A DNA stretch of 62,581 nt, filler included, from Diploschistes diacapsis (Eukaryota), in the NCBI GenBank assembly GCA_023645945.1. It is 5 parts of 5 records of this genome, joined end to end, with 100 filler letters (N's around TTAATTAATTAA, not from the genome) between each part and the next. Parts side by side here need not be neighbours in the genome. Positions count along the whole stretch, not along the records: positions 31,033 to 38,856 come from JALAIB010001233.1; positions 38,957 to 46,773 come from JALAIB010001234.1; positions 46,874 to 54,685 come from JALAIB010001235.1; 2 more parts are not named here. One strand, written 5' to 3'. The translations under genes and the position numbers were made by a program. Within the stretch, counting starts at the first letter, position 1. Each line of letters opens with the position of its first letter. This document shows positions 36,343 to 47,991 of the stretch, piece by piece. The notes beneath the pieces were generated by a model. That model searched no databases. It had not been told where the DNA came from and worked only from the letters and a program-made list of their open reading frames with translations.

Positions 36343-38498
36343 ATGGCTAACATTACCCTTTCATCGTTTTGTCCATCGCCTTTTTTGGCATTGGACGAAT
36401 TTCCTTACAAGGGTGGATGTCAGTGAAACCCCCACTCCCGAGGGCACAAATTTCAGACTGACGTTCGGCACAGTCAATTCGAGTCGCTTCTGTCAGAAAT
36501 CCCCAATTTCAGAGACGGTGTGCTGTCTCCCATGTCCGGTCAACGATTGGATCTACCCTGACAGTACGTGGCTGTTTCCATATGTTGGAGTACTCTAACG
36601 TTAGAACAGACTTCAACACCATCGCACTCGCCACCAATTATCTTGCACTGGGCAGCTTCGTATGCTGCCTGTTTCTCCTCCTCTCTTTTGTTTTCCTGCC
36701 CGTAGCGAAGACGAGCCGCCATTACCTCACGATAGGCCTTGTAATGGGCGTTGGGCTCATCTCCTTGGCCTTTATGATCCCAATATGGGCCAAGCCGGAT
36801 GAGTGCTTTGACCCCATCACGGCGAACGATATGTACACGAACATGGCCTGCGCTTGGAGCGGAGCCATCGTCTTGTTTGGCGGGCTGGCGGCAGTGATGT
36901 GGATCTTCAACAGATCGCTGTCCCTGCACCTCCAGATATGCTGGCAGAGGACGATGGGGAAAAAGTTTTTTTACTGCACACACGTCCTAGCCTGGGGCCT
37001 TACCGCTCTCCTAGGCGGCATCTCCCTCGGTCTCTCCGGGGTATCGTATCGCTTTGGCAAAGTGTGCCATATCAACCACGAAAACAGCCTGGCAGCCTTC
37101 TGGGGTCCGGTCCTTGGGTTTGCGGCCCTCGCCGCTATGCTGCAATTCATAACCTTGGGCTACTGCATGAAGGTCTACCTGCGACATCTTTGGGATCCCG
37201 ACACCACTTCCGGCCCATCTTCCAGCATACCATCGGTACTCCCCTCCATGACGGGAAGCAGCATCAAAACCAAGAGCGCAAAAGCTACGTACAGGAGGGT
37301 GCGTAAGGTCATCGGCCTGCAGTGGAGGGGCGTGCTCGTCGTCATGATCCTTCTCTTCTCTGCCATATATTTTGCAGTCATCTTTCAGGTTTTTGACAGT
37401 CTCAGCCAACGGTCCATTGAGGATCCTACCCGGACCGAAGGTTGGGTTGCCTGCCTGATCGTCAACGGTGGCAACAAAGAGCCGTGTCTTGGTCTCGCCA
37501 GCGAGCTGAGCCTGAGAGAGCCGGTCGTCCTGGCCGTTCTTTACTTACTCTCACTCATGGGCTACTGGTGCCTTCTCTTCCTTGGCCGTCCAAGCATGTT
37601 CAGCGCTTGGTGGGCATTCATCAAGCGGCCTTTTGGTCCACACGACCACTTCGTTTCCTACGACGCACGCCGCATTTCAGATCCACGGAACTACGAGATG
37701 CTCACCTCACCACCGCAATCATACCATATCACCAAGAGACCGCAAGGCGGCCTCGTCGCAACAGCCAAGCCTGCCAGCTACCAAGACGTTCGCGCCTCGG
37801 ACGCCTTTGTTCTGGACCCGGCGCAACTCAAAGATTTCGCCGAAAATTACGGCAACGACGAGAGCCCCATCGACGACATCCCGGAAGAGCCACCACAGCA
37901 ACAACAACAACAACAGCAACAGCAGATCCTACCACAACCAGCTGGCCGCTGGAACACCAACACCGCCATGGCATCCTTCTCCCAACCCTGCCCTCCAGCT
38001 CGCTCGCACAGCCAGCAAAGCCACGTGACCTTCAGCCCCGAAGGCCCTACCGAAATCCCCAGCACCACCGCAACCCCCACGCGCATATCCCACGGCGGCT
38101 GGCCCTCCACCGTCACCCGGCCCGCACCCGTCCTCACATCAGCTTCGCGCGAGACACCTAATACGACAGTTCCAAGCGTTCACCATCCAAGCCAAGACAA
38201 ACAGCCACGCAACCCCAGCGCCTCCTCGTACAGCAGCACTACGCATTTGCGCTCGGAGTCTGCGCTGAGCAACATCGGACGATCGGGCCCGGCGTTGGGG
38301 AGGGAGTTGGTCGGTTCCGGCCATGCGCCTCTAATGACGACAGCAACAACGCCGCCGCCCGTGGCCGGCTCGAGAGGGTTCCCAGGGCCGCCAACGGGGA
38401 AATACGCCTATCGGAGTAATTCGCGGATGGGACTCGGTGCGTTGGCAGGGACTGCGGGGAGGGAGTGGGACGAGCAGGGGAGCTTTACGCGGTACTGA
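36343..38498 (+). CDS. GprM-like (MG00532-type) 7-TM G-protein-coupled receptor; 3 exons: 36343-36418, 36474-36563, 36610-38498
   Basis: N-terminus MANITLSSFCPSPFL...GGFNSSRFC...CCLPCP..DWIYPD, then seven hydrophobic segments with LHLQICW, SYRFGKVCHINHENS, LQWRG; long Pro/Gln/Ser-rich tail with polyQ. Introns GTCAGT..CAG and GTACGT..CAG keep frame. Confidence 0.82.
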
Positions 38499-38856
38499 GG
38501 CTGTGGAAATGATGGGGTTCGTTTCTTTACAGGCCATTTCGATATTTTGACCCAACCGGTTCTTTACAGCGCAGCGAGCATTTGGGAAGGACGTGATACC
38601 CGGCGAGGGCCCGTGATTTCTTGCAGCGGACTACTTTTTCCTGGCTCCTGTATCATGACTTTGTACGATAACGTTACCATCATTCTAATATTTATCATTT
38701 ATTATTCACTATATCGATTCAGAAAGCAATGCAAAGATAGTAATCTCCGCAATCGCTCTGTACTAGTAATCGAAACCCTATGATAAGCTATTAGTGTAAT
38801 CGTCCGTTCGCAAACCCGCCCACTGTCACCCACCCCCCTCTTCGTTAAAAAAGGGG

Positions 38857-38956
38857 NNNNNNNNNNNNNNNNNNNNNNNNNNNNNNNNNNNNNNNNNNNN
38901 TTAATTAATTAANNNNNNNNNNNNNNNNNNNNNNNNNNNNNNNNNNNNNNNNNNNN
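38857..38956. other. Artificial contig spacer
   Basis: Same N44-TTAATTAATTAA-N44 linker. Confidence 0.98.
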
Positions 38957-38979
38957 GAAGAGAAAGGCGATGGACTTAC

Positions 38980-40556
38980 AACACGAGGTACGCATCCACG
39001 ATGTAGTTCAGCGCATTGAGAAAAATGCTCAGCAGCCCGAAACCGGTCAGCAGGCCCGAAAGCGTGGGCACGATCCAATGTATGTCGGCCTTGTACCCGG
39101 ACCATCCGAACCAGAACAGACCGCCCGCGAACGCGACGCCGCCCGCGATGACCGGCGGCAGACGCCACTCGGGGATCGGGACGCCGTTGTTCGCCTCCAG
39201 CTTCCGGACGTAGCGCGGCTGGTCGAAGATGATCCACGCGCCCGCGGCGACTTCGCCCAGGATCATGCCGAAGAAGGGCAGGCCGCCGACGCCGGGGCTG
39301 AAGCCGTGGATCTGCTGGAAGGTGATGGGGTATGCGGTGAGGAAGAGGTAGAGCAGGCCGTAGATGAAGGCCATGTAGATGGACAGGAGGAGCACGATGG
39401 GCTCGCCGAAGAGGATCCTCAGTGGCCGCGAAAAGTTCTTCTCCAGCAGTTCGCGCACGTCGATTTCGATCTCTTCCTGCTTGGCGTGGATGCCCCAGTT
39501 TAGCGTTCGCCGGCGCAGCTCCGCGGCCTTGCTGACGAGCACGACGGGCGGGTACGTTTCGGGTAGGAATATCACGTCGAGGATCAGAGCGGCTCCGCCC
39601 AGGATGGTCATCAGGTACTCGGTCCAGCGCCAGCCCAGATTGACGTTCTCGACGATGAAACCGCCGACAAAGGGAGCCATGAGCGGGCCCGTGAAGACGC
39701 CGAGCGAGAAGATGGCGATGGCAGAGCCTCGGTTACGGTTGTCGAACATGTCGGAGAAGACGGCGGCGACGACGGCGAGGGGGCAGGAGGCAAAGAGACC
39801 ACCGAAAAAGCGAGATATGAGGACGGTTTGGAGGTTATCGGCGGTGGCGGTGGCGGCCTGGAAGACGGTGAAGCCGAACATGGAGATGAGCAGGGGCAGC
39901 CGTCTTCCCCTTAGCTCCGAGAGCGGCGCCCACAGTATCGGGCCTGTCGCGAACCCGAGGACGTAAAAGGACAGACCCAGCACACCGACCTCTACGGAGA
40001 CACCAAAGTAGGTCGCCACCTCTGTGGTCGCCGCGGAAAAGATGCTACTCCCGAAGGCTGCCAGAAGCGTTGTGTATCCCAGCATCACGGCGACGAGTAT
40101 CTTTTTCTTCATGGGCCAATTTTGCGGATGCAATGGGTCGTCCGGGCCGTCGAACTCGACGACGTAGTCCTCCATTGCTGGCAGCGGAGGCGGATACGGC
40201 TTGCCCGCGCCGAAACTCGGCAAGGGCTTCTGCGATCTTTTGCTCGTCGCGGTCCTCCCAACCGTTCCTATGTGCTGGCTCCTCTGTGTCTGTATTCGAC
40301 TTAACGCCGTCGGATGCCTTTCGAGATCCCGCTGCGTATTCAACCTCGACATCCTCTGCGCTACGCCCGCCGTCGAAATCGATGACGAGCTGTCCGTCGA
40401 GCTCGTAACCACTGAGTCCGTTCTCTCAAGCTTTTCGCCATTTATGCCGTTACCAGCCGAGGGAGCCGCGGTGGGGTGTGTATGTGGAGCATGGAGCCTT
40501 TCTGGGTTGCGCGCATCCATCTCCGCCCTCAGCACCTCCCGGTCGACGATATCCAT
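38980..40556 (-). CDS. MFS drug:H+ antiporter (DHA1, Tpo/Flu1-like); 3' end cut off by the contig end
   Basis: VEFDGPDDPLHPQNWP, WAPLSELRGRR, WRWTEY, LPETYPP, PEWRLPP; the exon ends at a GTAAGT donor (38979) just before the spacer. Confidence 0.92.
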
Positions 40557-40879
40557 CACGAAGTAATACTGCAGGCGGCGGACTGGAAGGAGAGGCTAGC
40601 AGGGCTGCCAGGGCGAATGTCCTCGGCAGCAAACGACAGAAAACAAGGGAGAGAAGCGTAGAGAGAGGAAAGTGAGACTGGACGGAGCAAATAAGAGAAA
40701 CACACAAGAAGCCGGAAGCTGTTTTATTAAGGCCGACCAAGGCCACCGATGCTGCTATTCCGGGTCGCGAGCTGGGTGGGGGGGGGGGCAAAATGACGCA
40801 TTTTCCATAAATATTATAAAGATTTTAAAGATTTTACGGACCTCGGCACAGCCAAATATTCTGCCTATCGAGCAACAAG

Positions 40880-40945
40880 TTAGATTAGATTAGATTAGAT
40901 TAGATTAGATTAGATCACAAATTAGATTAGATCAGATCAAGATCA
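40880..40945. repeat. (TAGAT)n microsatellite in the MFS promoter
   Basis: Seven perfect TAGAT units at 40881-40915 plus degenerate units. Confidence 0.9.
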
Positions 40946-41730
40946 GAGAGGTTGTCTCTTGGTGTGACCAAACACTGCCAAGTGCTCCAAGAGCATGAAT
41001 CCACTTACTACGGTGTATACAGCTCGAAAGTACCTCGCTAACGGATGGCAGGAACGATAGCTTTACGTTTTCTCGTACCCAGTACCTAGAAAACAGGCCG
41101 CGCTGTCTGCTGCCTCTTGCACTTCTGGTTGAACTCGCTGACAATTGCATAAATAAAAAGTCTGCTGCCAAGCCTTCGGATTTAACAATTTATTTCCGAA
41201 CAAAAACCACACATCGATGGTGTGTACCTTACTATAGGCATCCAACTGTTCGAGACGGGGGCTAACAGTTGGGGGGGGCTGTGACTTCTTTTTGCACCTT
41301 CTGATAACAAACCCGACACACATGCACGCTTATCTCCGATGAGCTATCACAATGGCACTGCTGTAAGAATAGTCTTGATAATTTAAGATTTCAAAATCTC
41401 CTCTGAGCTTCCAGACCTCTCTTGTATCTTTGGCATGACATGCATGCACGTCTTACTTTTGACGCTCGCTCGCCGTATTCCAAATCCCTCACTTATCTAG
41501 CACAGCAAACACTCTGCAGAGATTGATTGCGTGGTCACGCATATACCCATATGCAAGCGAGCATTCCCGCCTGTCAAAAGCATTGCCGTCTACAAGCCGT
41601 AAACTTCCCAGCCGTCGAACGAGCGCTCCTGTCCTCCGACCGCCGATGAGCTCAGGGCAGGAGCTCCGACCTCTCCTCTTCCCTGTAGTGCCTGCTCGCT
41701 GGGGACTTCGGCTCTCAGTTCCTCCCGCAG

Positions 41731-44700
41731 TCACAGCTCGTCGTCCTGGTCCAGGTCGGCGGGCTTGAGCAGCCCCCCGACTTTCTTCGCTCGCTCCATG
41801 TCCGCGTCCTTCTGGGCTTGCTGCGCAAGCTCGCGGTCTTCGGTAAAGAGCTCTGCATTGTCACCGGAGAACTCCCTCAAGCTGATCAGAAAGTCGCGGA
41901 GAGTGGTCTTGAATTTGTTGATGTCGTTGTTGTAGGCGAAAAGACCCTCGATAAACTGATTGATCTGGACGCTGCGCCTCGTTAGACTGGGGCTCTCAGT
42001 AGAGAAGACTGGGGTACTTGCGCTTGAAGGTTGGGGAACGCCGAACGCAAGATTTCGCCAACAAAGTTTCGCAGAAACTCCTTGTTCGAAGTTCCAGGCT
42101 GACCTTGCTCCGGACTATAGATGGGCTCCGTGATCTTTCCGCTCTCGACAAAATAAAACATTCGGGCCATGAGCATCGACTGCGTCTTGAAACCTGTATG
42201 GACGTGAGCCTCTGGTCGCCAGATATGGGCAAGTCAGGGTTTTACTTACCAGCCTTGTGATCGGTATCCGTGAGCACGAAAAACACATCTTGCAGGATAC
42301 TGATAAAGTACTGCTGGAAGAAGATGTTTGCCGTCTGCGGATCCTGACTCGCCATGTTGTCGATGAGCTCCATGAGCATGGTCAGACCGGTGCCTTCAAC
42401 CTCTCGGTTGTCGTGCTTGCTGGCCCACAGACACGAATCGATCACAAACTTGAACTGTCGTTGGTCGAGTTTGAGAAGGGCAGGGAAGCAGGAGTAGTTG
42501 ATGGCCTTGAGAAGTTTAAAGAATTCCACCCGGTGCTGCGGGTATTCCGAAAAGTCCTTGTTGATCATCTCGAGCGTGCATTCGAACACGTTCTCCATGA
42601 TCACAGGTATGCGATCTTCCATGAGGCCCTGCAGTGAATTAGTAATGTTCGAGGAAAAGATGGTGACACAACAGCTGACCGACAATCTCGATCTGTGGGG
42701 GGAGTTCCAACGTACATGAAGTTTGGTGATGATTGTGGTCATCACGTTGAGGACCTCTGGGTCTCTGGCATCTGGCACGTTCCGGTTGTAATCGACAAGG
42801 ACAGCCTCCAAAAGGGGTGGCACGATGTTCGTGTTGACCATCTCGTGGTCATCCGCCTTCTGTACGTAGATGTCGATAAGTTTGAGGATCTCCTTCTTGA
42901 TAGTCCGCAGCCCTCGAACCTTGGGCATCTTGGTCGCAAGGTTGCCTGTGGACATTAGCCGGAGCGCTTACTGCAGGCAAGATAAAACATACCTTCTTTC
43001 TGAACGGCCTCCGAGATCATTTGGCTCGTCGCACGGTACATCTGTAGCATGTCCATGTATATGCGCCCTATTTGCGGGTAGAAGTAGCTTCCTATCGAAG
43101 AACAGGCAGCCACATTCGTTTTCATAATGTTACCGATGATCTTGATCGTTTCGGCATCCTGGAGGATGGTGTTGTCCTCCATTGCGCTTCGGATGATTTG
43201 GTCCCACTATTTTTGGTAAGTACAAGCACTGAGATGCGGAACGTGTAATTGGTGACGAAAGACTTACCGCCTGATTCGGCGGAGCCATGAGCTCCTGGAT
43301 GAGCCTCTCCTGCACGCTCTTCTGTCCTTGAGCCGAAACCATGTAGCCACAGGCCTCATAGAAGGTGTGCACCTGCTGTGGAGACAGATCGCAGGTGATC
43401 TTCTGCATAGTTCGCACGATTTCGTCAATGAATGGCTCCTGTTCGCCCGGCTGCAAGGCCACGAAGTGCCTCTTGCATTTACTCGCAATCTTGATAAACG
43501 TGTCGCAAGCCATGTCCTGGACGCCTGGGGAAGGCATCAGCAATCCGCAAAGGGCGGAGCTAAAACGACTCGTACTTACCTTCATGTGTCTCGTGCATAA
43601 ATTCGAACAGCTTGTTGACGACCGTCTTCAAAAATTTCCAGTGTGCCTTGAGGAAGCGCGGGTACTGGCCAACGATGTACATAATGTTGCTGGCGACGAC
43701 CGCCTTGTTGTCCTTGCCGCGCTTGGCTTCCGTCAGGCCCAGCAGGTCCTTGATCACAGTGACGAGGAACCGCTTCTCGGTTTCCTCGTTCATCGCACCC
43801 GATATCGAGCCAATTGCCCAGCACAGAGTGTTGCAAGCGTGCCACGACCACTCGGAATCGTCGACCTGACGGGCAAGCTTTTCCGACATGATGTGCTCCG
43901 TGTCCATCACGTCCAGATGTGTCAAATAGACCAAGACCTCACGGCTCGTCTTGTACAGTTGGATCGTGTCACTTTCCTTTACGAATTCTCGCACGATCTC
44001 GCCCTCGTCGTTTTCGACGATCAACACTTCTTCCGGCCGCACCATGTTCTCGATCATGACTTGGCGCAAACTTGTCAGGACCTGATCATACTTGTGTTTC
44101 CGCAGGGGGTAGTTGGCCAGCAGACTGGGGTTGGGAGCACCGCCGTTCGAAAGTCCACTGACGCCGAGAGACACCAGTGGGTTGATGTCGGTCACCGGCA
44201 ACTGCTGCATCTCCTCGTGGAGCTCCTGCACGAGTTTGGCCCAGTAGTCCAAGCATATCTTGAAGAGCTCACGGTCTTCAATCTGGGAGATGCGGATGAG
44301 GTAGAAGTGGGAGTGCGTCAGATAGTCACGGTTCGGAAAGTTCTCGATGAGAGTGAGATGTACAGAAAAGAAGTTACAGAGGAACAGGGCAAGGTTCTGA
44401 ACAAACTCTTGGTCACGCGAATTGCTCTTGGGATATGTCTCCCTCAGACTGACGCTTAACGGTACGATCTTGGATACTGTGGTGATGACCTCGGTAAACA
44501 TCTGGATGAGCTTGTCGTCGTAAACATACTGCGGGCCTATCTGCACGCTCCCAATTTCAGTGAGGCATTTCAATGTCACGTTGCGGAACTCGGGAGCTTC
44601 GAGAAATCTTGTGCGCAATGTCTCAATGATGGGTGTCTCGAATATGTAGCCAAGTGGAATCCAGTTCAAGAAGCGTAGCAGGGTTTCCAGAGTAGCTTTT

Positions 44701-45531
44701 ATCAAGCTTGCCTGGTTCGCAGTCGTCAGGATTTCCTGGCAGAGCTGGAATATGGCAGCGAATTCCGACGACATGGAGTTTTTGAGGTTTTTTGTCTTGG
44801 TCGATGTCATCTGCTCGGCCGAGAAGTCGAAGACCTCTTCCGAAAGGAGACGGAGTATAGCCATGTTGTTTTCGCATATCGATAGATTTGTGTGGCAAGA
44901 CGATATGATCTCTTGGATGAAGGTGGGCCAGTTGTGCGGCCACTCCTGCTTCAGAATCGATACCAGCACCAGATTGAGCTTGTTCAAGAATGTCTTATTG
45001 TCCCTCAGGCTTTCTTCGGAGCTGGACGTCTGAATGATGAAGTTTACGACAAAGTTCCGTATGCCTAGCATGCCGGTTAGATTGTCTCCTGATTGCCAGA
45101 TTGAAGCCGTACCTTGGCATTGCTCTCGGGGCAACACCTTCCACCTCGTCATTATCACATTGTCAAGTACCTGTAGCCCGAGATCTGTTCGTCTTGTCAG
45201 ATATTGCTCCCACCACAGCCTCGTCTAGGTAGCATACATTTGGTTTGCGGATACGTAGACTCTTGAAGGATTTTGTCAACCAAGAGCCACGAGTCTGGGT
45301 TCTCCTTAAACTGAGGATTGTGAGTAGACTGCGAGCTAATAACCTGAGCCAATAGCCTGGGCGAACTTACCTGGTTCATGGCATTCTGTGCTTGGTTTTG
45401 CTAGCAACAAGGGCTTTCAGTATATCTCTCAAGGATGGCAGAACTAGGTGAAGGTGACGTACCACATCCCCCCTGCTCTCGTAGAAGGCTTTGACCGTTC
45501 GGTCAAGCTCCTCCACAGTCGGAGTCGCCAT
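41731..45531 (-). CDS. CRM1: Exportin-1 / CRM1 (KapK), multi-exon
   Basis: [21 protein letters not shown]..., [88 protein letters not shown]-terminus [17 protein letters not shown] (TGA 41731-41733). Confidence 0.97.
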
Positions 45532-46644
45532 CTCGAATAGGACCGGAGAGCTTGCGCTCTCCCAAGGCTGATCTTGGGAACAGAAGTGTTTTGGCAAACA
45601 GGTCAGAGGGCAGTTGAGTCGGTGAGTAGATGGGCAAGGGTCGGGCTAGTGTCCGCTGGAAAGAGGAATGTATGGGTGGGGAATACAACAGGCGGCGATA
45701 GAGGTGTTTGGCGACAGAAGCTACATGCACCGGTGGTGTCGGAAAAAAAGCATGCAGATGCTCAAATCTTTGGTAACGACTCCAACGCCTGGAACAAGAG
45801 AAGAGTCATAGATGGCACAGAGGCTGGTCCTATGCTTTCAACAGCCGACAGAGGGTGGGCAGCCAGTTTGATGAAGCTTCAACAACCGCGTCAACATCCA
45901 CGCCCGCCGCAAGCGAGCAGTGAGGTCACGTGATCCAGTGATTTTTCAGCCCCTCAAGGCTTGACCCTTAGGGCTCATCCATCCCACTCTGCGGCTGTGC
46001 GCGTCTAGAATCACGATGCCGATCTGCACTTTTGCGCTGTCACATCAAGTTCTACAGTATTCCCATTGGATCCTGGTTGGAATTTCATACCACATTTGGG
46101 GCAAAGTGCTGTGCGAGCTTGTCCTGCTTGGTAGAATTGAAGAAAGATGTGGTGATATTTACTACAAATGCAGATTAATCCCTCAACCCCGCTATTCATA
46201 GGTGAGCCCTCTGTATCACGTGACTATAAGCGGACTCTCTCCGGATCAAAAAGTTGGATGTCCTTACCTTACCTTATCGTACTTGCAGCCACACGGATCG
46301 AGCCATCGCCACAACGTTCAACCAACGCAAGCCGGAAGGGCTTTAGGTCCAATGGGAAATTGAAGCAATCAAACAGTTTATTGTAATATACCGTAACGTG
46401 CACACTAGAGGCGCCGCTTTGCCTCAGTTCTGCATTAATCTCTGCTTGGCAAAGAATCCTAAGAAACAGAGCATCTTGATTGGTTGGATGCTTGCTCCCG
46501 GCTGTTGGAGGAAGCTTAAACGAATCCAATCGCTGGCTCTGCTATTTCCTAGCTCTGTGAGTGGGGTTTTTTACTCTTGGCACCGTTGCTCAGTGGCAAG
46601 GACATATCACGTGAGAGATACCGAGACTAGCGCCAAATCTCGGG

Positions 46645-46710
46645 GTTCTATTAGTTCTATTAGTTCTATTAGTATTAGTCCTATTCAGTCCTATTAGATT
46701 AGTCCTATTA
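46645..46710. repeat. Degenerate (TTCTATTAG/TCCTATTAG)n tandem repeat
   Basis: ttctattagttctattagttctattagtattagtcctattcagtcctattagattagtcctatta. Confidence 0.8.
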
Positions 46711-46773
46711 ACGTTAGTACAGATTACTGCTTATTCAGCACAGTTATCAGTGGAACGGGGCGTTGTTAACTTT

Positions 46774-46873
46774 NNNNNNNNNNNNNNNNNNNNNNNNNNN
46801 NNNNNNNNNNNNNNNNNTTAATTAATTAANNNNNNNNNNNNNNNNNNNNNNNNNNNNNNNNNNNNNNNNNNNN
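46774..46873. other. Artificial contig spacer
   Basis: Same linker. Confidence 0.98.
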
Positions 46874-47030
46874 AAATCACGAAGTCGTTCTTACTCGATC
46901 TCCCCCGTATAAATCATGACTTAATAATTTATTTTTAATTAATATTTCTTTTATTAAACGGGAATAGATGACGATATAAAATCATTTAAAATAATTATAA
47001 ATAAATTGTTATTAAGGACGTAATACATCT

Positions 47031-47431
47031 TAGGCTGGCCGTCACGGACACTAACACGGCCGTGTCCGTGACAATATCCGTGTTTTAAAATTTTTAGCCG
47101 TAATGTCCGTGTCCGTGTTTTTATTATAATATAGTATTCGTGAAAGTAGGCTGGCCGTTATTAATATTGATAGTATTAATATCCGTATTTTAAATTTTTT
47201 ATTTACGGTGTCCGTGTTCGTGAATTCACGAAAATATAATGTCCGTATTAATATTAATATTTTAAAAATTTTAATTATAATATCCGTGTCCGTGAATTCA
47301 CGGAAGTGTAGTGTCCGTGTTAATATCAATATTTTAAAATTTTAACTGTCGTGTCCGTGTCAATGTCCGTGTTTTGAAAATTTTTGCTGCAGTGTCCGTT
47401 TCAGTGACCGTGGCACGAAACGGCCAGCCTA
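47031..47431. mobile_element. Non-autonomous TIR element (hAT-like MITE), AT-enriched as if RIP-mutated
   Basis: TAGGCTGGCCGT at 47031-47042 and again at 47147-47158, with the exact inverse ACGGCCAGCCTA at 47420-47431; about ten internal (G/A)TGTCCGT(G/A) repeats; TpA-rich spacers. Confidence 0.7.
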
Positions 47432-47438
47432 GGCAAAA

Positions 47439-47481
47439 GTGGCCCACTTCTGGGGGTGGCCCACTTCCCCGTCAAACACGT
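47439..47481. mobile_element. Isolated pogo/Fot1-like terminal inverted repeat (element end)
   Basis: Two direct copies of GTGGCCCACTTC (47439-47450, 47456-47467), terminal ACGT at 47478-47481, followed by TA; this is the architecture of fungal Fot1/Pot-type TIRs. Confidence 0.6.
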
Positions 47482-47522
47482 TATATAAAGTTGTAGGTTA
47501 AAAACATGTAGAAGGGGGGTAG

Positions 47523-47566
47523 GTGGGCGGATGACTGGTGTGGGCGAATGACTTTGTGAAATACGT
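47523..47566. mobile_element. Second, different pogo/Fot1-like TIR end
   Basis: Direct repeats GTGGGCGGATGACT / GTGGGCGAATGACT, terminal ACGT at 47563-47566, followed by TA. Confidence 0.55.
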
Positions 47567-47569
47567 TAA

Positions 47570-47991
47570 GGCCCTGTTTGGCGCCACGTAGGGCTGCTCT
47601 ACGGTATAGCGCATCTACGTGGCGCGTTTGGCAGCCAGCCCCATCACGCTGTCGCTTACCATCCTCGGCCTAGTAGTCTAACCTCGGCCCAGCCTCCCAG
47701 CCTTCTCAGCCTTCTCTGCGCATGCGTGATGACATCTTTACGATGCCCTCGTAATACTGGGCTGCGTATAGTTGCGCAACATCAGCGAGCAAAACAACGG
47801 TCACTTTGTTTTTGTTTTCGTGATATCTGGATTAAAAAATCGTCCATTTTGGCTAGATGGGAGAGAGAAATGGGGTCTACGTAGGAGCTCTACGAAAAGG
47901 GGCGTTTGGTGGGAGCGTAGGGTGTCATGTGACCTCGTACAATCTACGTAGGAGCTCTACACATGCTCTACGCTGACCACCAAACAGGGCC
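47570..47991. mobile_element. Tourist/PIF-Harbinger-type MITE, 422 bp, with TAA target-site duplication
   Basis: Perfect 12-bp TIRs GGCCCTGTTTGG (47570-47581) / CCAAACAGGGCC (47980-47991); TAA on both flanks (47567-47569, 47992-47994); subterminal CTCTAC/CTACGTAG repeats; no transposase ORF. Confidence 0.88.

Noticed and set aside
43365..44459. 364-aa plus-strand ORF within CRM1
   Set aside because: Antisense shadow with no domain signature.
46718..46773. TA|CAGATTACTGC... at the contig end as a Tc1/mariner terminus
   Set aside because: Only one end is visible and no partner TIR is in the window; plausible but unsupported.
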